This document shows positions 12,831-22,169 of a DNA stretch of 59,194 nt, piece by piece. Numbering within the stretch: position 1 is the stretch's first letter; every line of letters starts with the position of its first letter. The stretch is from Stylophora pistillata (lineage: Eukaryota), in assembly GCF_002571385.2 (NCBI RefSeq), contig NW_019218004.1:223593-282786 (forward strand), written 5' to 3'. Below the pieces are notes generated by a model. It saw nothing but the letters and a program-made list of their open reading frames with translations, was not told where the DNA came from and ran no database searches. The translations under genes and the position numbers were made by a program.

Positions 12831-15800
12831 TTAGTTCACTTTGCATTCATCGCTTGTGGGGTCGCTGTCCGAGGGTGTGGCCAGACGAATCACCTCTGAA
12901 GCAGTCTCACTTGTCGGCGTCATTACAATGTTCTCCATATAAATGCTGGTATCAAACTTAAGTGGAACACCTTTAGAGCACATTACTTGGACTTCGCCAA
13001 GACCAACGACAACGCCGTTTTCGGGAATTGTCAAGGGCTCTGGAAGCTGGTACTTGCCTTCTTTCATTACAATCACTAGATTCAGGGTGTCTGTTTTCTC
13101 AGTTGCGGTTTGAAGGTCCTGCACTGAGTTCACGATCTGTAGGTTACAAGTTCCAAAGCGATCAACCACTGCTGGAATTTTTGGGCACTCAGACGGAAAC
13201 AGATTCTGAGCAACAGCAGCTGCAGCAAGTGAGGGACCTCGTTCGCCAAGATGAGCAAGGCAGAGGGCCTTCCAATAATACCCTTTCACCCACGAAGGAT
13301 CTGCTGCTATTGCATTCTTTGAATCATGTAAGGCCTCTCGAAGGTATTTCCGAGTATCATCCACTGAACATTGCCTCTCCGATAGTTTCACATTTGTTGC
13401 AGCCTTGTTACTCAGCAACTTGGCATCGTTTGGTGATAGAATTAAACCTTGAGTGTAACATTTAAGTGCTTCAGAATAATCTTTCTCCTTGAAAAATCTG
13501 TTGCCAGCATCTTTCAGACTTCGGGCATTGTATATGTTGATATTAATTGGCGGCAAGCCTTGGTTGGCTTGTGTTGTTGTTCGTGTTCGGCACTGCTTCT
13601 TCAGTTCAAAACATTCCTTTGCCTTCACACTATTTCCTAGGAAACCGTATGCATCTTTCAAAGCGTCATAATTTCCAATTAGTTGTGGATGAACCTCACC
13701 GCAGAATTTCTTCCGAATTTCCAATGAGATTTGTGCTACTGTCAAGAAAATTTCTCTCCTCTTTAAAGAGAAAGCACCACGGTGTCCTTGTTTTGTCATC
13801 ATTGAAATTCTCATGCAATCAAATAGCTGATCCAAAACTTGACATGCGTGGTCATCGCTACCATCCTCAGTGATGGTTGCATTAGTTTCCAAGCGACCGT
13901 TAATCACACCACTGTGTATTTGTGGCCATCTCTCTTCCAGGATTTTTAACAGGATGTCTTCTGACTTCTGGTTTTCAAAATGGCTGAGTATCATTAGAGC
14001 GCCGTTCATTCCTCTTATGTAAAAATCAGAGTCCTGTGGCATTAACGTGCTAATTTCCAACATTTCGTCAGCGTATGGCTTAGCCTCGAGAAGCTTACCC
14101 TCGTTGAAGAGATGACAAGCGATGTACTGAAGAGCACGTAACACCAGGGGCTTATCTGGAGGATGCATACTCCTGGCACGTTTCAAGGCTTTCTGATAAC
14201 GTTTCATAACTTGTTTGAAATTACAAGAGGACTGGAAGTTTTCTGCTCTTCCCGTCAACAATTGAAGCTCTACAAAACAACCAGCACTTAGCCTCAATTT
14301 CTCAAGTTCTAGTAATGCTTTGTAATTTTCCTCCCATTTTCCTTCCGAGGCATAAAAGGAAGCTTTGTGCTGAAGGACGCGATATTTGGTATCGTCTTCG
14401 ATGATGGCACCAGACTCCTCCAGTTCAAGGAGTTTCTGCACGGCTTCGTCAGCCAGAGTCCTTGACTCGTTGTAACTTTGTAAGTCTAAGCAATTTCTCT
14501 TACTGACACTTGCTTTCACCATCATATTCAAAATATTTGGTTCACCGTCAGAATGTATTTTTTGTACTTGTAATAAGAAATCTGCGAATTCGGTTCTCAG
14601 TCTACTGAAGTATATGTTCGGCCCCACCAAGCGGTCTACAAATGAGTACAATTGAAAGAAGGTCTCATCTCTGTAAAGGACACGGACAAAATTTCCCTCT
14701 GAAGACTTGATCTGTGTCTTCATATGATCCTTCAACTGCCGGAAATTCAATAAAAGGGTGATGAGAATATTTTTATCCTCTTCTTTCATTTCCAACAAGT
14801 CTCCAAGGCTGTCATTTAGTGTTAACTTTGCACAATGTTTACTTCTCTTTGTAAAAGCGCAGTGAAGAACGCGCATAGCCGCGACCAAAGTCTCTACCTT
14901 TAGTGATTCGCTTAGGCTATCTCGAACCACCTCTTGAACAAGTTTGTGGACGCCAAATATCCTGCTATGCTGATCCACCGAGAAAAGAGAATAACAGGTC
15001 AGTACCTCTAGGATGTTAGCAATATCAATCTCAGAACGCGCAGCCTCTCTCAATTCTGCTTGATTCAGTGCAGGAAGCCCAGGATTTATGACTTCTATAG
15101 GAATACTTTCAGACGTTAGAAAGGATGCAATGCGCATCATGGTGGCAGCAGCAAGCGATTTTCCAATCACGAATGAAAAATTCATTTCCCACGTGGTGTG
15201 TACAGACAGACGTTGCTGTGCTTCTATACTTAGGGCGGTTACCGGCTTCTGTTGTAGAAGACGCAGCTTAACTTGTAGATACTTGTCAAGGTAATCTTTG
15301 AAGGTAATCAAAGTAGGAAGAGCAGATATGTAAGCGGCTGCTTGCTCGAGGGCTAACGGAAGACCCCCTAATTCTTTTGCCAAATCAATTGCTCCTTGGT
15401 AGAGCGAGTCCCCTTCAAGTCCTGTTCTTCGAATTAGGAACAAGGCACCTTCCTCATTACTGAAGCACTCCAGGTCTAGACAGTTATTTGGGGACAGCCT
15501 CAAGAACGCTGCGGTTTCGTTTGCATTTTTTCTTGTCGTAAACAGGATGTGTCCATTCTTAGGAGCTCTTGCGTTTCTTCGCCAAGGCCCTTTGAATATT
15601 TTCTCAACACCTGCCGGACATTTTGGACTTCTTAACTCATCTGCGTTGTCTACTACGAGAAGCCAGGGGCGATTTTCATAGGCTAGTAGAGTCAGAAATC
15701 TGTTTAGGGAATCATCCACATTCTCTCTTGACGAAACAACCACATTTAAGAGAGCAAGGTTCTCGGCAACTGATTTACTTACATTTTCATCACTTTCCCC

Positions 15801-17291
15801 ATTAACCCAGAACACTCCACCTGTGAAGTGATTCATCCATCTCCAGGCAAATTCTACCGCCAGCGAAGTCTTGCCGCATCCTCCGAGACCACAGATTGTT
15901 TTGGTGCAGCATGATGTTTTGGGTAGACTTTCAGGATTCTGATCCAGGACTATTTTTTTTTCTAACCAGACCAGCGCGTTCTCACGACCAGTGAACTCTT
16001 GTAATCTCTCTGGCGCAGCACAAATTACGTCCATACCTTCCCCACTCTGTTCTGTTTGGGATTTCTCTTTTAACATTTCTACTTCAGTTTTCACTTCCTT
16101 TACTTCAGATTTGATCCTTTCGAAATTGTTTTCTAAGTCAGCCACTTTACATTGTGTAGTGTTTAGTTCCATTACGACGTTACGCATAGAACTTTTTACA
16201 TCGTCCAGATCCTCGCTAATAACGTCTAAGGCACCCTGCAAATCATTCCGCCTTTTAAGTGAGATATTGAAACTTTCGACAGCTGTCAGCATCGTGGACA
16301 TTTTCGCTTCAAGGTCTAAAGCTTCCTCCACCACATTATTCTGTTGCTCTAAAATTTTGGCAACTTCTTCTCCATGCAATCGAGCTTGTTCTTTTAGTTT
16401 GGATATCTCTTTCTCTGAACATTCTTCTGCTCTTCTTATTTTGGTATCTAGCTCAGTAACTCTTTGTTGATCTTCATGCAACTCTGTTCTCAGCTCCACT
16501 TGTTGCTCCCTTACCTTCGCAATTTCTTCTCTGTTGAAATCACCTCGTTCTTGCATCTTAGATAGGTCATCCCTGCACTTTGTAAGGTCGGCAACTAGCG
16601 ACTGACGAAGCAAATTGAAGGCTTCAATTTCGGACTCCCTAACGTTTAACAGTCCATGACGAGACAAATCTTGCAGGCTTTTAGAAGACTCTTGGGCTGT
16701 CTTGTCAGCACGAAACACTTGATCATTCAGGAGGTCATTGAGATGTCCGAATATGGTTTTGACGTCTGCATCTTTAAGGTCCTGCTTTGGAGAGTGGGCC
16801 CAGTGATTTCTACCCTCGTCTCGCACTGAGCGCAAGACTGCACGATTGACTGGAGGATTGATAAAAGGGCACCACTCTAACAGGTTTAGAAGTCCTCCTA
16901 GGTCTGTCGTGTTGGCATCAGCGATGTCCCCTTTACGTGTTCCAAGGATTGGCATGAAAAGCTTAGCTACTTCCCATGCCCCCGTCGCAGAGCCCCATTG
17001 TTGCCTATCACTATTGTCCCAACAAATCTTGGGTCGTGGGGACTTGTGGAGGCGCTCAAGTTCCTTCTTCCACACGCTACAAGTGGCACATTTTGACGAG
17101 TGACGTGCACAGGTACATGGGGGAAGTGATTGCAAAGGAGGACTAGATTTGATAGATTGGTACCAAGCTACCATTTTCCCTTGGATTAACTGTACTATTC
17201 CATTTTTGGTTATGTTCAAGGCACATCCAACCATTACCCAGTTTTTGTGCTCTCTTTTATCAAGGTCTACCATCCAGCTAACAGCACTCAT
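12831..17291 (-). CDS. STAND/NLR-like protein: CXorf38/DUF4559-like HEPN domain - coiled coil - NB-ARC - TPRs - beta-helix start (1486 aa, single ORF)
   Basis: Uninterrupted 4.46-kb ORF with aaaATG context. RNHWAH (aa161-166), heptad-rich aa about 225-415, Walker A GLGGCGKT (15867-15890), Walker B LLVVDNAD, sensor ILFTTR, GGLPLALEQAAAYI, MHD-equivalent VHKLVQ, helical TPR-like region, and an STI1-type TPR (LKDAGNRFFKEKDYSEALKCYTQGL...WVKGYYWKA). Confidence 0.93.
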   Translation of the reverse strand: MSAVSWMVDLDKREHKNWVMVGCALNITKNGIVQLIQGKMVAWYQSIKSSPPLQSLPPCTCARHSSKCATCSVWKKELERLHKSPRPKICWDNSDRQQWGSATGAWEVAKLFMPILGTRKGDIADANTTDLGGLLNLLEWCPFINPPVNRAVLRSVRDEGRNHWAHSPKQDLKDADVKTIFGHLNDLLNDQVFRADKTAQESSKSLQDLSRHGLLNVRESEIEAFNLLRQSLVADLTKCRDDLSKMQERGDFNREEIAKVREQQVELRTELHEDQQRVTELDTKIRRAEECSEKEISKLKEQARLHGEEVAKILEQQNNVVEEALDLEAKMSTMLTAVESFNISLKRRNDLQGALDVISEDLDDVKSSMRNVVMELNTTQCKVADLENNFERIKSEVKEVKTEVEMLKEKSQTEQSGEGMDVICAAPERLQEFTGRENALVWLEKKIVLDQNPESLPKTSCCTKTICGLGGCGKTSLAVEFAWRWMNHFTGGVFWVNGESDENVSKSVAENLALLNVVVSSRENVDDSLNRFLTLLAYENRPWLLVVDNADELRSPKCPAGVEKIFKGPWRRNARAPKNGHILFTTRKNANETAAFLRLSPNNCLDLECFSNEEGALFLIRRTGLEGDSLYQGAIDLAKELGGLPLALEQAAAYISALPTLITFKDYLDKYLQVKLRLLQQKPVTALSIEAQQRLSVHTTWEMNFSFVIGKSLAAATMMRIASFLTSESIPIEVINPGLPALNQAELREAARSEIDIANILEVLTCYSLFSVDQHSRIFGVHKLVQEVVRDSLSESLKVETLVAAMRVLHCAFTKRSKHCAKLTLNDSLGDLLEMKEEDKNILITLLLNFRQLKDHMKTQIKSSEGNFVRVLYRDETFFQLYSFVDRLVGPNIYFSRLRTEFADFLLQVQKIHSDGEPNILNMMVKASVSKRNCLDLQSYNESRTLADEAVQKLLELEESGAIIEDDTKYRVLQHKASFYASEGKWEENYKALLELEKLRLSAGCFVELQLLTGRAENFQSSCNFKQVMKRYQKALKRARSMHPPDKPLVLRALQYIACHLFNEGKLLEAKPYADEMLEISTLMPQDSDFYIRGMNGALMILSHFENQKSEDILLKILEERWPQIHSGVINGRLETNATITEDGSDDHACQVLDQLFDCMRISMMTKQGHRGAFSLKRREIFLTVAQISLEIRKKFCGEVHPQLIGNYDALKDAYGFLGNSVKAKECFELKKQCRTRTTTQANQGLPPININIYNARSLKDAGNRFFKEKDYSEALKCYTQGLILSPNDAKLLSNKAATNVKLSERQCSVDDTRKYLREALHDSKNAIAADPSWVKGYYWKALCLAHLGERGPSLAAAAVAQNLFPSECPKIPAVVDRFGTCNLQIVNSVQDLQTATEKTDTLNLVIVMKEGKYQLPEPLTIPENGVVVGLGEVQVMCSKGVPLKFDTSIYMENIVMTPTSETASEVIRLATPSDSDPTSDECKVN

Positions 17292-17319
17292 TTTGTCACC
17301 TCTTTTGTCGGGGCTAAAG

Positions 17320-17328
17320 TTCCGGGAA
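17320..17328. promoter_or_regulatory. STAT GAS consensus site
   Basis: TTCCGGGAA is an exact TTCCNGGAA match, 29 bp upstream of the NLR-like ATG. Confidence 0.4.
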
Positions 17329-17424
17329 ATAACAAACGATCGTTAGCATCCTGCCTCTAGGATTAATTATATCACATGGTTTGATATCTTTAGAGGCCTG
17401 AGAGACCGGAGGTCGAAAGGTAGG

Positions 17425-17670
17425 GATGGGAGATTTGAGATATCCGGAAATTTAAAATTCTGAGTTACCGTGAACATACTGGGGAACTAAAATGCACAGG
17501 CAGAGTCAAGGGGTTACTTCGGGGAATCCCGCGGGGGTTTCATGACTAGGGGATTCGAGATAGAATGATCTAATAATACGGTGGAGCTAAAGATTCCACG
17601 GGCCAAAGTCAAAGGGTTACCTCGAGGAATCCCAGGGGGTTTCATGACCAGGGGATTCGAGATAGAATGA
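17425..17670. repeat. Degenerate ~103-bp tandem array upstream of the NLR-like gene
   Basis: Two close copies of agtcaa.gggttac.tcg.ggaatccc..ggggtttcatgac.aggggattcgagatagaatga (about 17504-17568 and 17607-17670) plus an older partial unit. Similar sequence (attccacgggc, ggggttcgagata) resumes after 22608. Confidence 0.75.
17521..17530. promoter_or_regulatory. NF-kB consensus site
   Basis: GGGGAATCCC fits GGGRNWYYCC, 230 bp upstream of the NLR-like ATG. The duplicated unit carries the variant GAGGAATCCC. Confidence 0.45.
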
Positions 17671-18079
17671 TCTAATTACCAACGAGCAGCCGAGGCCAAG
17701 AGGCCGAGGCTGCAAGGCGGCAGCATTATAGAGCCGTTTGTGCGTGAGCTGCAGGGAGAAAAAATTTCGATTTTGCGTAACATAAGATAACAATAGAAGT
17801 TTCGTCAGCCAATCATTTTGCGATTTGTAAAGATTTTTGTCAGTTTTGAGGAGTAGAGCCAGTCAGAGCGCCTGTACGTTCTTTGGTGATGTGCGTACAG
17901 CTGTTGAACTTCCCTTGTGGTCGTGGTCTCCGAGTGCGAGTCACTTTGGATTCTTTAGGTCAAAGGGTTAGTAAAAGTATCTCTTCTTGGCGCTATTTTA
18001 CGTTTATTTATTGATACGCGGGTGCACTTCTGTCAAGTATTCTTGTGAACTTAAACTCGTTTCAAACATCATAAACAGC

Positions 18080-18341
18080 TCGCAAATTGGCTAACAAGTT
18101 CAGCGTTCACAATCGGCCAGCGAGCCATCATACGAATTGGTTAGCTCACATTCGGCCATCGAGCCATATCACACGCGCTAGAAAGCTCATAAATCGGCCA
18201 ACGAGCCAAACACTCGAGCTAGCAAGCTTACCACACATCGGCCAGCGAGCCAAACACTAAGAAAGCAATTCATATCAGTTCACAACTGTGTAGACGAAGA
18301 AAGAAAAATATCACTATCGGAATTGATCGGCCTGCGAGCCA
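18080..18341 (+). repeat. Helitron 5' subterminal tandem repeat
   Basis: About 5-6 copies of (a)tcggcca.cgagcc at roughly 40-bp spacing. Confidence 0.8.
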
Positions 18342-18719
18342 TATCTGTCAAACGACTTTGATATAACTTAAGCTGCTGTTTCACTTAGAAAACACCCAAT
18401 GTTGATTTGTAGAGTTGACTAAGGAGAAAGAGTAGTAAGCGGCGAACAAAGAGCACTAGGATTCTAGAACACAACTGCCATGTTTATTTCCACCTCGTGG
18501 TCTCTCGTTACCTATGATAATTTATGCTAATTATGACAACCAGATGAGATAGCCAGGCAATCAACACCCAAAACCAATTGCCTTGTACTATATAAAAGTA
18601 ATCATCTAAACGCATAAAAAGACGGATGTAAGTGGACTAGAAAGATCTATTTTCTGAAGTTATTTCCCCAAGTTCCAGAGTTTACACAACTGCTGAAGTG
18701 CGCCCGTGGTTACGCTGCA

Positions 18720-19765
18720 ATGCTGTGTTTATTTAAATTTCTCGTGCTGTTATTTTTACATAATCATCTCAACTATAACCATAGTTATCACTGTGATTTA
18801 GCCTGTTTACATGATTATGGAAATGTTAGTGTTAGCGTTACCTTTGTCAAATTCAGAGGTAGATATTTGTCAAGGAGAATACCTTACCCTTCAAATGGTA
18901 GTTTTAATCCTTTTGTTATTTCAAACAAGGAGGCACATATTGAAAATGGGAATATAAACAATTTACAAAAAGGCCAGGCTGTTAAGACAAATCACACATA
19001 TCTCAATCTAAATTGTAGCTGTGAGGGAATAGTGTGTAATTTTCATTTCCAAAATTACTGTTCAACACATTTTGGGGAATTTTTGTGTGCAGTTGATTGT
19101 TTTCTTCAGCTGTGTTATGCCATATTTTGGACTCACCTTCATAATATCAGTCATAATGAGTTTTTTGACATAATCTATGAGTCGTGTAGTGCAAGGCAAA
19201 ACCTTGGTGCCATAGATATTGTTCGCAAGCCTCTATGGTGTTTTATCAGAAACTGCTGCCCTTCATTTATTGGAATGACTGCAGATGCTGTTTTCAGTGG
19301 TATGTTCACAATGCGAACTGTAGCCAATCTAACTGATGACTTGAAATCCTTGTTCCCTATTCAGCAAAGAACTCAATCCAGTTGTTCATTGTGTGGCAAC
19401 CAGATGATAAAGACTGCAAGCATAATTGTGTTCTACATAATGTGCCCAAACCTGAGGTCCACAGATTTTGAAAGCCATGTTTCAGAAGCTGTTCCACCTA
19501 ACACCAGGGCTCTTTATTGTGGTTCATGCCAAACACAGTCAGGTGATATTCCCAGCATTTCGTACAATGCCAAAGTTTTTGTTCACTGAATTATAACCAA
19601 AAAGTATTAATTGCATCCAGTTTCCAATTAACATAGATGTGTTCGGGAATTTATATTCATTAAAGGCTGTTATAAGTTATACAAGCCACCATTTCACTCT
19701 AGCTATTAATATAGGGAGATATTGGTTATATTATGATGATCTGTGTGCAACAGTTCAAGAATTCA
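18720..19765 (+). pseudogene. Helitron-borne USP-like (papain-fold) cysteine protease remnant
   Basis: Cys-box-like CAVDCFL, two CxxC pairs (CSLC, CGSC) and His-box-like YSLKAVISY..HHF...WLYYDDL, spread across frameshifted ORFs 18720-19589 and 19639-. Confidence 0.6.
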
Positions 19766-20068
19766 AAATTAACAGATGTGAGATCTGTATTGAGGCATGG
19801 CCATTGCCTAGAAAATCTAAAAAGAAAGTGCCATATATTTGCTCAGGATGTGTTCGTGACAAAAATACTGTGAAAAAATGTTCAATGCAAAATAATGTGA
19901 TACCCTCTCACGTACCAATGGCGCTGCGCGCCAGGTCTAGAAATAGATATGTCATCTTTGGACCCCCGCTGGTTTAGGACAAACACTCGGAGTCTTTACA
20001 AGGACTTGTATGCGAAACGTGTCAGAAGCAGGACTACTTTCGCTCAAAAAATGCTCCAACTTTCTAAA

Positions 20069-20299
20069 ATGGTTGCAACTAGGCATTGCTGTTGGCGTAC
20101 ATGTAAAAATGACTTAAGACAACTAGAAAGATTGCCAGATTCGCTTAAAGAAATGCTTAAAAATGGTTGGAAAGGCTTCATACCGTTCCCAAAGCCGAAG
20201 CATGACTTGGAACTTTGTCAATGCCGGGTAAATGCGTGTTCTAGAAAGAATTTTTCAGTTGATAGTGTTAACTACAATACTTATATTTGTGCTGTACAC
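20069..20299 (+). pseudogene. THAP zinc-finger N-terminus of a transposase (truncated)
   Basis: aaaATGG start. HCCWRTC...FIPFPKP...NACSR.....YICAVH fits the C2CH THAP pattern; cut off by the Penelope fragment. Confidence 0.8.
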
Positions 20300-21045
20300 G
20301 GAAATCCTTGACAAAAGCGTTTTCAAACCGCTTGTTTGGAAACGTTACGTAGACGACATCTTCTCGCTATGGAGTACAAAAAAAGTAACAGTAGAACGTT
20401 TCATTGAAAAAGCAAACAATCATCACCCAACAATAAAATTTACGGCTGAAATTTCCGATAAGGAAACAACATTCCTGGAGACATACATCCACAAAGGCGA
20501 ACGATTCGAAAAGCACGCAATCCTTGATGTGCGTACTCATTTTAAACAAACTGAGACATTTCAGTATGCACACTGTAGTTCCTGTCACCCACAAGGAGTT
20601 AAGAGAGGCTTCATAAAAGGAGAGACCCTTAGACTTCTCAGAAAAAACTTCTCTCAAACAATATTCGAGGAGAAAACTGCAAATTTCAAAGCGCATTTGC
20701 TAAAGAGAGGCTACCCAGAGGCCCTCATTAACACAACCCTCTCAGAGGTGAATTTCAAAAACAAGAAACTAGCTCTTCAACAGAAACCGAAGACGAACCA
20801 ACGAATCTTGCCTTTTATTACGCAATACCAACCACCAGTGACAAACCTAAAGCAAATTCTCATGAGACACTGGCATTTAATAGAAACACCACCAGTACTG
20901 AGCGAACTATGCAAAAATCCGCCACTCGTGTCTTAAAAAAGAGGGCGATCGCTCAAAGACATACTCCTGAGGGTCAAACTTTGAATAGGCTGTTCTAAAC
21001 ACGCGCTGGGGAGTCGTGTAGGCCTGTCAACCCCCTTTTTACATT
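20298..21045 (+). mobile_element. Penelope-like element RT fragment
   Basis: PLVWKRYVDDIF, HPTIKFTAEIS...TFL, HPQGVKRGFIKGETLRLLR and RGYP are the typical PLE RT C-terminal and thumb region. Confidence 0.9.
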
Positions 21046-21103
21046 GAAATGTTAGATCCTTAAGTTTCACGAGATGGACTTTACTTTCCTTTAGTATCTT
21101 CGC

Positions 21104-21361
21104 CTAAAGCCATTTCTCATCATCTATACTTGAATCAAGTACATAATGTTTTCCCGACTTGAGGTAGTCACGAACACGTGCGATGAGGTCTGCTCGTTTT
21201 CCACTTAATTTCAAGCCTCTACACTTTAACCAACGCTTCAATTGTGTGTTTATATAGTTCTCTTGATCTTGCTCGAACTTTGAGCCAGGAACACCATCGT
21301 TTTGATTTAAAATACCAGCTTTAGAGGCGTTTGAACTACAGATGGGCGCATCACCACCCAT
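21104..21361 (-). pseudogene. SAP-domain N-terminus of the second ISL2EU ORF (truncated)
   Basis: QLKRWLKCRGLKLSGKRADLIARV is a SAP motif. It starts just inside the right TIR and points inward. Confidence 0.75.
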
Positions 21362-21446
21362 ATTCATTTACTCGAGAAGCCTGTTTGTTTGTCCTAATCG
21401 CTCTAGGGGATCAAAATTTCGTGACGTCACGAACGCGCAGCGCCAT

Positions 21447-22080
21447 TGAATTGCAAGGCCTTACTCAATTAGGGGAAATGTTAATAGCACGAGTTTTCCC
21501 AGTCATATCTGTTTCTACAAAGCCTGGTGGAAAAAAAGCATACAAAGGTCACTGTATAAATTTTTCTAAAGACATCCAGGAACTAGCAGACTCATTGCCC
21601 TGATACCCTAAGGAACTACCAGTAATAGTACTCGCTGTTAAAGGAAAAGATAACTTTTATAGAGACCTCACAGTTAGATGGCAGAAAGTGAGTTGTGCTC
21701 TCCATTGGTTGGTTCAACATAATCCTGTTTATAAAGAAATCACCATAGATCATGAGTGCCAACTAAAAGAATCCCATGTGATCTGCCTCAGATTAATGGT
21801 AGCGAAAACTGTCAAGATAATGAAATTGACCCAGACAGAGGTCCACTTGATGTAGATGAGATACTAGTCAATGAAGAGACAGAGTTAAGTAGTACAGTTC
21901 TTAACCCAATTAACCTGAAGCCGCAGAAGCAACTGATAATAGATGAGCTATTACAGAATAAGAAAATAAACTAGCCTTCCCAGAATTCTAGCCCTCTCAA
22001 TGAATTTAAGATTGATATCTTTCTACAATGGCTTTCCCTACCCTATTTCCAGATGCCAAAAGAGACCCTACAAACAATGC
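21447..22080 (+). pseudogene. Helitron Rep/helicase N-terminal region (DUF6570-like), decayed
   Basis: Conserved motifs with an in-frame stop (LP*YPKELP) and frameshifts. Continues the CEIC...CSGC..NNVIPSHVP segment at 19775-19917. Confidence 0.85.
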
Positions 22081-22169
22081 TTCTTTTAAAATTATACAAA
22101 AGTAGGATCTTCCATGATCAGTAATAATATGGTGTTTAAAAAATCTGAGCGTCAAAAATAAGGATTCAA

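Larger units (their letters stand above)
19920..21444. mobile_element. ISL2EU-like DNA transposon remnant nested in the Helitron ORF
   Basis: 11-bp perfect TIR GGCGCTGCGCG/CGCGCAGCGCC with AT TSD (19918-19, 21445-46). Removal restores the in-frame ...SHVP-I-ELQGLTQ. Carries convergent THAP and SAP ORF starts. Confidence 0.85.

Noticed and set aside
12834-12845. C-terminal CKVN as a CaaX prenylation signal
   Set aside because: Poor fit (Lys at a1, Asn at X); probably chance.
13028-17346. Multiple plus-strand ORFs
   Set aside because: Antisense shadows of the NLR-like ORF.
18080-18341. CRISPR-like repeat-spacer pattern
   Set aside because: The repeats are short and degenerate, the spacers resemble each other, there are no cas genes, and the context is a eukaryotic Helitron.
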